Shown in pieces: positions 22,193 through 34,362 of a stretch of 64,000 nt of DNA (position 1 is the stretch's first letter; each line of letters begins with the position of its first letter). The notes beneath the pieces are model-generated. The model was not told the origin of the DNA. It searched no databases and was given only the letters and a program-made list of their open reading frames with translations. Location of the stretch: assembly GCA_027923505.1 (NCBI GenBank), contig BROI01000006.1, forward strand, positions 248,001-312,000, in the 5' to 3' direction. The translations under genes were made by a program, and so were the position numbers. Source of the DNA: Mayamaea pseudoterrestris (taxonomy: Eukaryota).

Positions 22193-24015
22193 ATGACAGG
22201 CCTTTATGTGCTCTTTTGCATGCTGTACGGATTAACAAACTGTCAGGGTCAATATCTTTACAAAGACATTCCAAATGCTAACGACTACGTCAGAGAATAC
22301 GAAGGTGTCGAACCGACCGACTTTTTCGACTTTCAGTCGCCAGGAATTGTAGAGTTTTACTCGCCCCATTGCGTAAGTATAGTACAGGGATGAATATAAA
22401 GCATTGAGTGATTGAATCTAATGCAAATTATTTACTTTTGTTCTACTTTTAGGCACATTGTCGACAATTCACCACGACGTACGTTGAAATTGCAAAGGCG
22501 ACACGCCAAGTCAACTCCAACATTAACTTTTATGCCGTTTCTTGTGGATCGCACTTGGAATACTGTCGCAAAGTCGATATAAAAGGTTATCCGTCCTTCT
22601 TTAAAATTACTGGTGGCGGAGGCAATGATCTGCAATCGGTAAAATCGGGAACTCGAGGCGTGGATCATACCTTTGTCTTGTCGCTCTTTGACAAGAATGC
22701 TGCTGCCGTTGAAGATACACCGACAAACTTCCAGACAGCCATGACCGCACTAAAACTGCAAACCAACAGGACGTACATAAGACCTGCCTTGAACCGCATT
22801 GGACCTGGTCGCTTGAATCCGCAGACAAACAAGGTGGAGGAAGTTCCATCCACAGGAGCGACCGTTTCCATGAAGGCAAACATCAAAGGCACAAGTGAGG
22901 AAATGCAACGCAGAGCGACAATACTGGAGAGTATTCGAAGAGCCAAAGGCCAACGTAAAGCGGAACAAGTCAAATCTGTTATGGAAACGACAAGTGAGCT
23001 GCCATACCAAAAGCTTGTACCACTCACCGGATTGCGAGAAAAGATTCCATTGTTTCGTCGCACTGTGAAACTGTCTCTCGAAGAGGAACTTATAATCGAC
23101 ACGGCAGTGTCGTTTGCATACAGTTTGAAATATGAAGTCTTTTTGAGAGGCCAGGAACTATCCGAGTCGGAAACGAAGGCGTTAAAAAACTGGCTAATCT
23201 TACTGTCAGTTTCGCTGCCCCAGGAGTGGATCTTGACCACTTTGGTGGACGATGTTTTGCGGAACGTGGATGGCCTTGTCAAGAATCCTGCGTTACTAGA
23301 CCACATTATGAAGGACCGGCAAATTGTTCGAACGGCTTGGTCGCCGTCGTGTCGCCGCGTTGTTGGGGGCGGTGGCTACACTTGTGGCTTTTGGAAGTTG
23401 CTGCACACTGTCACTGTGGGTGTCGCTGAGCATCGCGGCGGAAAGACGGTGTTTGCGCAGTCTTCCAACACTTTTTCGCCTGCGGAAACTGCCGATATAA
23501 TTCGTGACTTTATTGCAAACTTTTTTAGGTGTCGTACATGCGCCGCCCACTTTATTGCCAGCTACGACGATTGCTCCTTTGACCGATGCGATCGACTCGT
23601 GGAAGACGCCGAGGCTACATCGGACTCGGACTGGAAGGAGGTTGCCGTGTGGCTTTGGAAGTTTCATAATGCGGTGAACATTCGTGTATGGAACGAGCGC
23701 AACGAAAATGGTGTACGCAAGTCCGGAGACGAACTAAAGCTGGTGTGGCCGTCGCTGGCCGATTGCTGGACTTGCTATCGAGGTGATGGGAGCTGGGATC
23801 AAGATGCCGTCTTTTTGCATCTCGAACGCAGCTACTGGCCTGATGCTGAGATCGATTCTCGGACAGCGCGACTATTGACCTTTTCGTCGCAAATACAGCC
23901 GCCAAACGCTATTCGAATATATGCTCTCATCTGCATACTGATTGTGTTGGTTGGCTATCGGTCGGCGTCGCCGTATATCAAGGGGCAGATATATGGCCCG
24001 AAACGCTCCGATTAG
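22193..24015 (+). CDS. QSOX: Quiescin sulfhydryl oxidase (QSOX, thioredoxin + Erv/ALR), copy 1; exons 22193-22372 and 22453-24015
   Basis: Signal peptide; spliced VEFYSPHC-AHC; YTCGFWKLLH, FFRCRTCAAHF, WLWKFHNAVN, WP...CWTC; C-terminal TM helix. Confidence 0.88.
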
Positions 24016-24167
24016 GTTAAGCGAATCTTCATATAGATTATAAAAGTTCTTTATAATTTGTAACCTTGTCTTGTCACCAACATTCACCTGGTGTCGCGTT
24101 CAAGAAGCGACCAAACGTTTCGAGAAATTGTAGTAAGTACAGCTATCCTTCTCTCGGACCTTGTAAG

Positions 24168-25835
24168 TTATACTGCAGAGTCGTAATGATTATTGTAGCC
24201 ATTATGTGAGAACGATTCGTCAGTTTTCTTGTGTCGTCCACTCAGCCATCGCTTTTGCCGCCTTGCATACCAGCCAGCGCCGCCGCCAACCGCAAAGAAC
24301 AAAGATGCCAAAATAAAAGGCGACGATTTCCTTCCACCAATACTTGAGACAATATCTTCCTTCTCAATTGGAACCTCGTTTAATCCAAGTTCGTTGCGGT
24401 ACCTCTCCGAAAGTTCATCTTCCGGCCAGTACTCCAGTCGCAAGAACTTGTACATTGTTTCATCGTCCCATCCTCCATGCTCATCCCAACACTTTGGACA
24501 GCTTTGGCGACTTGGCCATCGCTTTTCTATTTCGTCTTTTGGTTGTGGTTTCCAATTTTCTCGTTGGGCCTGTTCCTGCAGCAAACGTACATTTACGGCA
24601 TTATGCGTCTCCCAAAGCCACACCGGGAGCTGCATCCATTCCGTATCGCTATACGTGGCATGAGACAGGCGGGTGCATCGGTTCAAGGAGCATTGATCAA
24701 ACGCGGTGATAAAGTTGACGCGACATACTTCGCAACCGAAAAAGCTTTCAACAAAGTTGCGAATCTTGAGAGCTGCATCCTCCGTGTGTATCACCAGTTC
24801 GCCATCGTCGGTTGAAATCATCATGTTGTATTCAACGACACCAACCGTCACCAAGTGAAAGAGCTCCCAAAGTCCACATGTATATCCGGCTACAGGGTCG
24901 CCATGAGTGCAGGCTGGACTCCACTTTTTCCGTGGCGGTGGATGCAATTGAAGAACGCTTTCCAGATTGCTCTCAGATTGAACAATGTTTTCAAAGTTAT
25001 CCAACAACGCCTTGATGAGCTTTTGTATTTGCCAAGATGGTGGCATGGTAATGTGCAGCAAGTCAAGCCACTCTTTGAGATGAGTTTGCGTCGTATTTGT
25101 CAAAGGACCAGCGCTGTCCATAAAGACTCCATTTCGCAAGGCAAAGTCAAGCGAAAGCCATGCATCCTCAAACACGTTTTGTTTGGTACGAACATGGATC
25201 GTGTCTGCAAGACTGTCAGGCCGACTCTTGTCTCGTCGTTTCCTATTGACTGACACTGGCGCATCCAAGTTCAATTCCGCCGTATGCAAGCCTAAATCGC
25301 TCAAGACTTGAAAGGGGTGTAGCTTAAAGTACTTTGCCGAACCAGTCGCATTCGTGGCACCAGCGTTAAATAGACGGATCACTGGATATGAATGAATTCC
25401 AAACGTTTTGCATAGAGGTCGATACACGGCGCAGGAGACGGCGTATATTTTCACGTCCACCTTTTCTGGCTGCTGAAGAGCAAGACTTTGAAGCGTTTCA
25501 CCAAAGTCAACGTAGTGGTCTCGAAAGTGCTGACAGTGCGGACACCATGGAGCGTAGAATTCCACGACTCTCGGTCCATTGTTCGGTCCAAAGATAAAGT
25601 TTGGTCGTTTGGGATCGTCACCTTTCTTTGGTCGATACTCTATCACTGGGCTGGCTTCCTCTCCCAGTGGAAGGTAGAGGTAGTTCTTCGCAACGTCGTC
25701 GTTGTCCTCCTCCTCTTCCTCTTCGGCAGCTTCAGCACTTTTGTCGTCATTGGTAACTATCTCTTCCTCGTCAGATACACATGATTGAAGGAAACATAGA
25801 ATCAAGAGCAAGAGTAGGTACTTCTTCATGGTCAT
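24168..25835 (-). CDS. QSOX: Quiescin sulfhydryl oxidase (QSOX), copy 2
   Basis: Signal peptide; VEFYAPWCPHC; YTCGLWELFH, FFGCEVC, WLWETHNAVN, WP...CPKC; C-terminal TM helix. Confidence 0.92.
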   Translation of the reverse strand: MTMKKYLLLLLILCFLQSCVSDEEEIVTNDDKSAEAAEEEEEEDNDDVAKNYLYLPLGEEASPVIEYRPKKGDDPKRPNFIFGPNNGPRVVEFYAPWCPHCQHFRDHYVDFGETLQSLALQQPEKVDVKIYAVSCAVYRPLCKTFGIHSYPVIRLFNAGATNATGSAKYFKLHPFQVLSDLGLHTAELNLDAPVSVNRKRRDKSRPDSLADTIHVRTKQNVFEDAWLSLDFALRNGVFMDSAGPLTNTTQTHLKEWLDLLHITMPPSWQIQKLIKALLDNFENIVQSESNLESVLQLHPPPRKKWSPACTHGDPVAGYTCGLWELFHLVTVGVVEYNMMISTDDGELVIHTEDAALKIRNFVESFFGCEVCRVNFITAFDQCSLNRCTRLSHATYSDTEWMQLPVWLWETHNAVNVRLLQEQAQRENWKPQPKDEIEKRWPSRQSCPKCWDEHGGWDDETMYKFLRLEYWPEDELSERYRNELGLNEVPIEKEDIVSSIGGRKSSPFILASLFFAVGGGAGWYARRQKRWLSGRHKKTDESFSHNGYNNHYDSAV

Positions 25836-26021
25836 TGTCGGCGAGACATCATGGTGGAAATAATGCGGCTCGTTCGCGATCGCCGTTCATCGGACTGTTA
25901 GTACCGGTCGGACGTTTGTAGTCTACGTATGCATTAGTCTCATGCACGCGATTATGTTGTAACGAGCTCACTATTAAGTGTATGTAGCCAAAACAACTGT
26001 TGAGTAGTGTGATAACATACA

Positions 26022-28660
26022 TTAGACATATGCAATTTGATACATGGAAATACGCTTCATCATGACAAAGCCGAATCGAATCGAACTGAAGCAGTAGCAA
26101 ACAAAGATTGCTGCGACGGTGGCACTAGCCTTGGCCTGCGTCTGCAGAATGGAGGTTACATCCGCGGACGACCACTCCGGGCACCGGTTTGACTCTCGGT
26201 CGCATCCAGTGCATGCGCCAAGGTAGTTGGCGTTGCAAGCAAAGTCTCCGCGAACCTGATCACTCACTGGGTTCCGCTTCATATTCACAATATACCCAAC
26301 ACTGAGTCCAAATATACCAAACAGAAGCAGAACAAGTATTACCATGTCTATCGTAAAGCTGTACACTGCAAGCAACTTTCGCCGCTTGTCCATGGTGCTG
26401 AGGATTGAAACGTTGGAAATGTACCATCCAAGAATGGCAGCCACGACGAAGCAACCGCCAGTTGAAATGTACATGGGACCAATGAGCCATGCAATGGATT
26501 CCCTGTTGGTTATTTCCGAATTAAGGGTTGATTGATTCCCAAACGTCAAAAAGCCGCCCAGCGCCAAGCATCCAATGCACGGCAAGGTTAGCCATCCTGG
26601 AACGTTGGATTCTCGAGACTTTTGAACGAGCGGTTTGCTGATAATGTTTTCGAGTGTGTGAATGGCGAGCAGTACCTGACGCAACGACATATTGTGAGTG
26701 CTGACCATCATGTGCACAACACCTACCTGCGTATGAGGACACTTACAATAAATACCTGCAACATGCTCCAAACAGCAGTCAAAGTGTAAAAGACGCGCAG
26801 CGATATTTGTGTTGCTTCTTGCGCCGAATCGCGAACCATGGAACAATCAGTGCTATTATAGTTGTCGATACACCATTCGGTTTCATTGTCGACCATTGGA
26901 ACTGTGCACAAAGTGTTATAGTAAGCAGTGGGTTGACAATGCCGCTTACGAAACCACGCCATTTGGGGCGAACGCCAAAAGTGTTGAACCCAAATAATTG
27001 TAGTGTCAAAGCGATCGATTAATGAGACTACACAAAACAAGAAACAAGGAAGAATCCATACAAGTACCCACTGTCGTGTATAATGGAAAGAAGAATCATG
27101 AGATCAATGACACCAATATCATAGAGGGTTTGCGCACATGACACTTACCAGATATCGAATCGCTCCCAACAAATCAACGTCGCGGACCACGCGCCAAGTG
27201 AACACTGACGCACAGCCAGAAACAAACGAGAAAAATCCAGTGAGAAGCATGCGCCCATTCATGTTCCAAAGAGTCTCCGAGATGGAGAAAGCGGGCCCAT
27301 TGTTTAAGGGTGTGTCCAACTGCGGCGATATTTGTCGATCAAGGTTTACCAAGGGCCCGTACAATGCCATGGCAAGAAAGGCCGTCGCACAGAGCGGAAA
27401 GACGGATAGGAGTGCAATCAATACATTCAGTCGTCCGAGAATGGAGCGATCCGTCAACTGTCGCAACCCAGGTCCGCAGCAACAACCGCAAAAGCAATAT
27501 GTCACAACCTTGACGGAAATGTCATTGACTGCCGGCAGTGGCGGAACCCATGCTGGTAATCGTACTCCAGCTATAACGACTGACGGACGCGCATTCATGG
27601 CTTGATGCGTCGTAGGATCGTGTTCCGTCTCGTCTTCAACATCGGTTTCGTCGTTATTCTTTTGGTCCGACCACTCGCTTTGCGCCACACTCCAGTTGCC
27701 TACCGAGTTTTGACTCTCGGTGCGTTGTCGCGTCATGGAGCTTTGGAGTCCACTGTTCCTTGATGATGACAGTCCTATACCATCATCCATGGCATCGACA
27801 GGATCGCCATACTCATAATCAATTTCGTCGGTGGATGATGCCGCAGACGATGAAGCCTCTGCCTCTCCCTCTTCCATTACTTGAGCATCCGACAAATCGG
27901 GCGACCATCCCATGGTTCCAGATGAAGCTACGCCTCCATCCTGAAAAGAGTTGCTCCCAAAGCTGACCTTGCGATTAGTTGACGAGTGACGACGAGGCCT
28001 GGTAGTCTGGTCATTGTCGGAAAAGAGTGATTCATTACTTTCCTCTCCGCCGCCGCGCGTATGCCTTCGTCCAATTTGGCTCGTCGTCAATGAGCCACTA
28101 CTACGATCCAATGGTAGTTCCGCAGCAAGTTCTAGGTTCTGAATCGAAGTCTCATCGTCGTCGCTACTCGCGGGAGCGACTTCGCTGCTTGGCTGCGGCG
28201 ACAGTGAACGCAACACCATATCTTTTAGTGAAGGACGTCGATTGTCCTGCTGGTTCGTCTGCGTCATGTTTCGAAAAGACCCTGTTCTCGAAAACTCCGC
28301 CGACGAAGAGCGTCGTTCGCGATGCTCCAATTCACTAGATCCAGCGGACGATGTGCGTCGCTCCAAAAAGGCTGGGAGTGGCGGAGGTGCTCCATTGTTG
28401 CTGCTGCTACGAAAGTTTGGTTCCATGATATTGTCGGACCAAATGGATTTGATGGCAGTTGACGCACCGCTATCCGTCGACCAAAGGCGACTGCGAGCGG
28501 ATGGTTTGTCCTTGTGCTTCAAGGGACTGAGTGTGTATGATCGCTGCTTTGTCTGCGAAGGACTTAATGTTCGACCAACGCCTCGATGCGAGGGCGGTGG
28601 AGGCGCATGGTCGAGATCAAAGATGGAATGTTCGTTGATACCGTCATCCGAGTCGCCCAT
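26022..28660 (-). CDS. Multi-pass membrane protein with a long disordered N-terminus; exons 28660-27149, 27070-26747, 26675-26022
   Basis: Three ORFs join in frame through GTAAGT..AG introns (27071-27148, 26676-26746); several hydrophobic helices and Cys-rich loops. Confidence 0.7.
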
Positions 28661-29361
28661 TTCTATTCGACAAATAAAATACCTTTAACTCGGTTTGTGG
28701 GATTGGAATATAATGCAAGTACAAGTCAGTACTGTATTTGTACTTCTTGCACCCGTTCCCTCAAGATTCTCCATGGTCAGCCTCGCGATGTCACACAATT
28801 GTGTCGCCAATATATCGCATCGGTACCGAATAGGCACGCCAGCCACTCTATTCTCGAGCCAGCCTCGCCTCAGGTTGATCCACTTTTTGGTTCGATCTGC
28901 AACATCGTCAAACTTGATGCTTGATCAAAATGCAACTCAAATAATCCGAACTTCGCGCATTTCCATGATGGCGGCCAATGCTTCGTTGGAATTCACAGAG
29001 CGGCGGTGTTCATGCTAAGGATGATGCAGAATTAACAAGAGACTGCTTGAGCAATGGAAGGTTGAAGATTACTTTGCAGAATGCATATGTTCCTACCGCT
29101 ACTACGATCGTCATGCAATTATTACCCTCTCCTAACGTTTTAAGTACAGTGCTGTATTTGTTCGCAAGCAAGCGGCGTCTTCTGTCGAAGACTCTTTGAC
29201 AAGGCAATCGGACTCTGGCTGGCTGCCAGCAGTGATTATGGCAGCTACAAATAACTAAAAGATAATGGTATTTGGTAGATAGCATACTTAGAGATCAAAA
29301 GATTAAGTTATCAATAGCATAATGCGATCCCACAATCCATTCAGCACACACGACCATCCGC

Positions 29362-29802
29362 TTAGAGCTCGGCACCTCCAGCGCTCTTCTGCAGAAAGTC
29401 CAAAAGCACCTGCAACGCACGGCTCTCCTCGCCAAACTCGGTAATCACACAAGAAGACGTGCGGACAGCCTTCTTGACCGAGCCATCAGCATCAAGCTTG
29501 GCAAGGCCGCACCAGGCGCCAAGTTCCTTGCCAGACTCGACCATGACGACGTGTACTTCACCTTCGGCGCACAGAGCCTTGATGAGCTTCTTGTACTCTT
29601 CGTTCTCGCAGTCCTTGGCAAGGCAGCAGAGACGAGCCGATCGGCGATCGAGCGCCTTGGCAACTTCATGCAAGCCCTTCTTCAATCCGTCGTGGATCAT
29701 GGCCTTTTGGAGGACCTCCTTCAAGGCGTCCAACACGGACATGGAAACTTCCTCCGTTTCGGTAGTCTCGACATCAGCGATGATTTCGTCTTCGTCAGCC
29801 AT
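29362..29802 (-). CDS. RPS12: 40S ribosomal protein S12 (eS12)
   Basis: ALKEVL..A.IHDGL.KGLHE..KALDR..A.LC.LA..C and LG.W.GL.KLD motifs. Confidence 0.97.
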   Translation of the reverse strand: MADEDEIIADVETTETEEVSMSVLDALKEVLQKAMIHDGLKKGLHEVAKALDRRSARLCCLAKDCENEEYKKLIKALCAEGEVHVVMVESGKELGAWCGLAKLDADGSVKKAVRTSSCVITEFGEESRALQVLLDFLQKSAGGAEL

Positions 29803-30098
29803 CTTGATAGTGTGTTGATGTATAGGGAACTAAGTAGTGTATATATGTCTATATCGACTCTCACCAAGCAACGGAGGCTCTTGGTTCCTCGAATGAGAAG
29901 AAAGCGACGGCTCCGAAAGCATTCGCGGCATCCATTAGGGATGAAGTTTTAGTAAGACCGAAAAGATGACCATCAATGCTTCAGCGGTCCGTGCGCCGTC
30001 CGTTTAAGGCGGATGAACGCCACCGATTCGTTTGCACATCGAATTGTTCTTTCCAAGGTTACAAGTGCGCTGCATCCAGCCCCTTGCACCTTGTTACA

Positions 30099-32777
30099 AT
30101 GCCGAGCCATCATCATCGAGCAGGTTCTCTCAAGCAGACGAACAAGAAGAATAAGCGCTACAAGTCGTCCAAGCGCAGTGCTACTCGAGACGCTGGTGGC
30201 AAAGTCGCCGGAACCAAGCCGTCCGTCGCGCACAGCAATGCGGCGCAAAACAAGGCGGATCGGCGCAACTTTCAGCAGCAAAAGAGAGACGCAAAGCGAC
30301 AAGAAATACTGAAAAAGAAGCGAGGTTTGGATGGAGCGACGCTGCCGCCGCGAGTGGTTGGCATTGTTAGTTTGAGCAACACGTTGGGGTTGGAGGATCG
30401 ATTGAAGCAGGAATTTCTGAAACAGGCCGACCAAGTCGTTCACACGCATGACGACGCTCCAGATGCCACTGTAACTTGCAAGTACAATGTTCACAAGAAG
30501 GATGGAAACTTGACTTTCTTGACGCCTACATCGTTTAATCATTACGGGGACGACGATGATGCGGCAGTCATGGCGTCGCTCGATCTGGCACGCGTCTGTG
30601 ACGTGCTCCTGTTTGTCGTCGATGGAAATGCCAAGATGACCGACGATACGCCGTTGGAGATTCGTATTGGCGATGGTCACTCGGTTGGGACATCAAAAAC
30701 GTCATCCACGCAAGACTACGACCACTTGATTTCGACGCGAGGTGATCGAGTGTTGACCGCCATCAAAGGTCAGGGACTGCCCACCATTTTGACCGTCTTG
30801 GCGCACACTGTCAAGGATGCTTTGGGCGAAGACGAATTTACCATGCAGAGCTTTAAAAGCTTGAGGCGAGCTGGTATCAAGAGGCATCTGGAGGTCAAAA
30901 AATATGTCAGCCGCTTTGCACTTACCGAGTTTGGTACCGGACAGGAAAAGGTTGTCGAGGTGGACCTGAGCGAGACGGCTGAGGATATGGCAATGGGTGT
31001 TGACGACGCTGATGATGTACAAGATGAAGCAAATATATCCTGCGCTGCATTGATCCGGACAGTGTGTCAGACGTCGGCGGGTGGCCCAAAGTTTGTGTCT
31101 GAAGTGCCACGGCCATACATAATTTCCGATACCTTTCGTTACGACGAAGGAGCAAAAGAGCTGTCTCTTTCAGGCTTTGTACGTGGCATGGTGCCACTAG
31201 ACACTAGCGCGCTCTTCCACATCACAAACCTCGGTACATTTGCCTGCAAGTCCGTGTCAAGGAAAACCATGCCTTTGTCAAGGACGAACAAAAAGGCGAT
31301 GGACATCGTTGACGCCGCTACTCCGAACGACATTATTGCTGATTCGAATCGCCGCGAGTCATTGGAAATGTTTGCGACACCTGACGCGCTGGAAGGAGAG
31401 CAAAATCTCGTAGGTTTCGACGAAGACTTGGATGCTGCCAACGCTCCGGACGGCGACGATAAGTTTGCTCGACCTGCTGGATGGTCGACGTATCAGAGTG
31501 CTTGGCTCGATGCCGTGGATGAAGACAATTTTGACGACGCCATTGATGCTGGCGAAATGGCCGACGCTCTCAATCAGCACAAAACATCTAGCAACATGTC
31601 CCTCGGAGGCGATGTAATGGATCTGGACGATGCAAACGATGTTGACGTTGCTGAAAAACGGGCTCTTCAGGAACAGAGACGCAAAGACATGAAGGATCAT
31701 CTTGAATTTCCTGACGAAGTGGAGGTTGACGAGGACGTCAAGGCAAGCGAAAGATTTGCACGATACCGCTCGCTAACTTCCTTTCGGAAGAGCTTTTGGG
31801 ACCCTAAGGAAAATTTGCCTGATAGCTACGCGACGATCTTTCATTTCTCCAACTTCCGGGCTACACAACGCGCAGTATTAAATGAGATGAGGGATGCCAT
31901 CAAGGCTGCCGAGCAGGCAAATGGAAATTTTTGGGGCGCATCGCCAATTACGGAGTCATTGGATGCCATGTCGACGGAGAGTGGGGACGAGGACGACGAC
32001 TTGCTCACTGGTTGTGTCCCAAGCGGTTCTTACATAACTCTCACTCTGTCAAACATTCCGATCGATCGAATAAAAAACCTTTCTTCATCAAGTTTGCTTT
32101 CGGCTGTCGCATTGCTTCCCCACGAGAACAAGGTATCAGTTATGCACATGGGTTTGAGCCAGACGCTGAGTTGTGATTCGACTGATGCTGATCCCATCAA
32201 GAGCAAAGACGTCCTTGTGTTTCGTTGCGGCTGGCGCACATGGAAGGCGCGACCAGTCTTTAGTCAAAACAACTTGAACTGCGACAAGCACAAGTATGAA
32301 CGTTTTATGCCAACGCGTGGAGCTTTTTTCGCCGCGTCAGTCTTTGGGCCAGTGACATACACGCCATGTCCGGTCTTGGTTTTCCGTGAGGGTGAGAACG
32401 GAAGGCAGCTGGTAGCGATTGGTTCTATGATTGGTGCCGACGCGGATCGCATTGCCGTCAAGCGAATTGTGTTGACCGGCTTTCCCGTCCGGGTGCAAAA
32501 ACGCTGGGCAACCGTCAAGTACATGTTTTACAATCCTGACGATGTGAAGTGGTTTAAACCAGCTGGTCTGTATACAAAACATGGACTGCAGGGCAACATT
32601 GAAGAGAGCGTCGGCGAGCATGGGACCATGAAATGCCTGTTTAATGCTCCCATCAAGCAGCATGACACGGTGTGTTTGCCGCTGTACAAACGTATCTTTC
32701 CAAAGTTTGTGCCAGTCGAGGGTCAAAAGTCCGATGACACTACAATCAACGGCAAGCAGAGTTTAGTTGTTTTATAG
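30099..32777 (+). CDS. TSR1: Pre-rRNA-processing protein TSR1
   Basis: Likely start MPSHHHRAGSLKQTNK; FPDEV, ARYRSL.SFR.S.WDPKENLP, MFYNPDDVKWFKP, GEHGTMKC.F and CLPLYKRIFPK. Confidence 0.95.
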   Translation: MPSHHHRAGSLKQTNKKNKRYKSSKRSATRDAGGKVAGTKPSVAHSNAAQNKADRRNFQQQKRDAKRQEILKKKRGLDGATLPPRVVGIVSLSNTLGLEDRLKQEFLKQADQVVHTHDDAPDATVTCKYNVHKKDGNLTFLTPTSFNHYGDDDDAAVMASLDLARVCDVLLFVVDGNAKMTDDTPLEIRIGDGHSVGTSKTSSTQDYDHLISTRGDRVLTAIKGQGLPTILTVLAHTVKDALGEDEFTMQSFKSLRRAGIKRHLEVKKYVSRFALTEFGTGQEKVVEVDLSETAEDMAMGVDDADDVQDEANISCAALIRTVCQTSAGGPKFVSEVPRPYIISDTFRYDEGAKELSLSGFVRGMVPLDTSALFHITNLGTFACKSVSRKTMPLSRTNKKAMDIVDAATPNDIIADSNRRESLEMFATPDALEGEQNLVGFDEDLDAANAPDGDDKFARPAGWSTYQSAWLDAVDEDNFDDAIDAGEMADALNQHKTSSNMSLGGDVMDLDDANDVDVAEKRALQEQRRKDMKDHLEFPDEVEVDEDVKASERFARYRSLTSFRKSFWDPKENLPDSYATIFHFSNFRATQRAVLNEMRDAIKAAEQANGNFWGASPITESLDAMSTESGDEDDDLLTGCVPSGSYITLTLSNIPIDRIKNLSSSSLLSAVALLPHENKVSVMHMGLSQTLSCDSTDADPIKSKDVLVFRCGWRTWKARPVFSQNNLNCDKHKYERFMPTRGAFFAASVFGPVTYTPCPVLVFREGENGRQLVAIGSMIGADADRIAVKRIVLTGFPVRVQKRWATVKYMFYNPDDVKWFKPAGLYTKHGLQGNIEESVGEHGTMKCLFNAPIKQHDTVCLPLYKRIFPKFVPVEGQKSDDTTINGKQSLVVL

Positions 32778-32823
32778 TGATAACATCTCGTTATAAAATT
32801 TGGTGCATCGCATATTATAATGT

Positions 32824-34362
32824 CTAAACAGTAGCGAGCCAATACGGCTCTTCGCCCGGTCCAAGGCTACCGTGATCAACAAATGCAAAATATTCGTCGG
32901 CCAAGCGGTCATTGTTCGTGAGCAGTAAGGATCCTAAACGAGCCACCACTAATCGGAGCGACTTGACAATTCGATCGCGCTCAGTCGAAGAATTTGCCTC
33001 TAATAAAAGCGACTGATCAAGCGTTTTGATGAAGAAAGCATGCTTGGCCTTGCAAAATGGAAACTGGGCCCGATCGACAGTCTCGCTTGTGGCCACCAAG
33101 ACACGAGAGATATCCATCAAGTTGATGGAATGGAACATGTAGCTGGAAGCATGTTTCTCTGTAGTCGAGGATTTAAGTGTCTGCACAGTTTTCCAAAAGA
33201 ATTTGGGTGCAATAATGGTGCTGCGCAGCTGCTGTCCGCGTTCTATCCAACAGTGGACACCATGCGGTCGCACTTGCTTGGCGGACGCTGTATTTTCATG
33301 TAATATGAGTGTCATTTGCTCATTCATCATCTCCTGAACCAAGCCTGCTATCTGATCATCGCGTCGAAGACTAACCCTCCGTCCAGAGCGGTGAGCATTT
33401 TCCTTGTCATCAGCCACACTGCCAAATCGTCGATCATGGCGCCGGCTTATAAAATCCTCGGGATCCGAGTCGTAAAACATCTCCTCCTTGTTGCTTTTGA
33501 CAAACAATGGGGAGTCGTGTATCAATCCACATTGAAATGCTCGCTGAAAAAAGGGAATCTGCTTTTGCGGAGTCGCGGCTCGAGGGGTTGACTTGGATCG
33601 CGTTCGTCGATCTTGTCCTGTAAACGATCGAGAACGAACCGAATCAATGGTGCCAGACAATGACTCAGCTGAAGTCGAAAATGGACTTAGATCCTTTCGA
33701 AGCGAAGCTAGTCGTTGGTGCTTTGCATTCAGGTCGAAGGCGCGATTTCGTAGTACGCGCTGAATGTTCTTCTTCGCTGCCTTGGCATCCTGGTGTCGCG
33801 TCGACCCGTTATTGGAGCTGTCGTCGCAATAGAGACCCCACACCTGCCAGTAGCTTAGCCATGGATTGTCGCAGCTATTAATTGAAAGAATATCCGAAAT
33901 CTTTTGCTGCATGTGCTCGACAGTCTCATCGTCAATGTCAGCATCCGAGCAAGGCGATGCTTTCGTGCAAGTAGACATGGGACTGTAGCTCGGACAGTCG
34001 CCAAGACCGCAAAAGGAAACCTTTCTTGGCGTAACGAGTGAAATATCATCAAGTGAAGGCGAGCTCTTGAGGGGCGAAGGTGTCATTTCCACGTCGAGAA
34101 GGCTCAGTCGACGAGGTGTAATCATGTGATAAGCAGAAGTTTTACCTCCTCGGTCACAAAGAACGACTTCAGCTCCATCTTCACTAATAGAAATGCTTGA
34201 TCGAAGTATTGATTTTGGCGTGTGCTTGTTTTGAGAGGATAAGCTAGAGGCGGAGACTCCGGAAAAGCTTCCTGTCGAACTTGAACATGGTGTAACAATC
34301 GCAGCCATCCTGGTTGGCGTTACTGTTGCTTTGGTCGGCGTCCTTAATTTCATGCCTGTCAT
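32824..34362 (-). CDS. Hypothetical protein with a C-terminal PH-like domain
   Basis: Long ORF (the first in-frame ATG is 34506; 34362 is the more likely start); S/T/P-rich N-terminus; C-terminal FFIKT...LLEANSSTERDRIVKSL resembles the end of a PH domain. Confidence 0.6.
   Translation of the reverse strand: MTGMKLRTPTKATVTPTRMAAIVTPCSSSTGSFSGVSASSLSSQNKHTPKSILRSSISISEDGAEVVLCDRGGKTSAYHMITPRRLSLLDVEMTPSPLKSSPSLDDISLVTPRKVSFCGLGDCPSYSPMSTCTKASPCSDADIDDETVEHMQQKISDILSINSCDNPWLSYWQVWGLYCDDSSNNGSTRHQDAKAAKKNIQRVLRNRAFDLNAKHQRLASLRKDLSPFSTSAESLSGTIDSVRSRSFTGQDRRTRSKSTPRAATPQKQIPFFQRAFQCGLIHDSPLFVKSNKEEMFYDSDPEDFISRRHDRRFGSVADDKENAHRSGRRVSLRRDDQIAGLVQEMMNEQMTLILHENTASAKQVRPHGVHCWIERGQQLRSTIIAPKFFWKTVQTLKSSTTEKHASSYMFHSINLMDISRVLVATSETVDRAQFPFCKAKHAFFIKTLDQSLLLEANSSTERDRIVKSLRLVVARLGSLLLTNNDRLADEYFAFVDHGSLGPGEEPYWLATV

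Noticed and set aside
28695..29285. Short ORFs or ncRNA between the membrane-protein gene and RPS12
   Set aside because: No motifs, tRNA/snRNA hallmarks or coherent structure seen.
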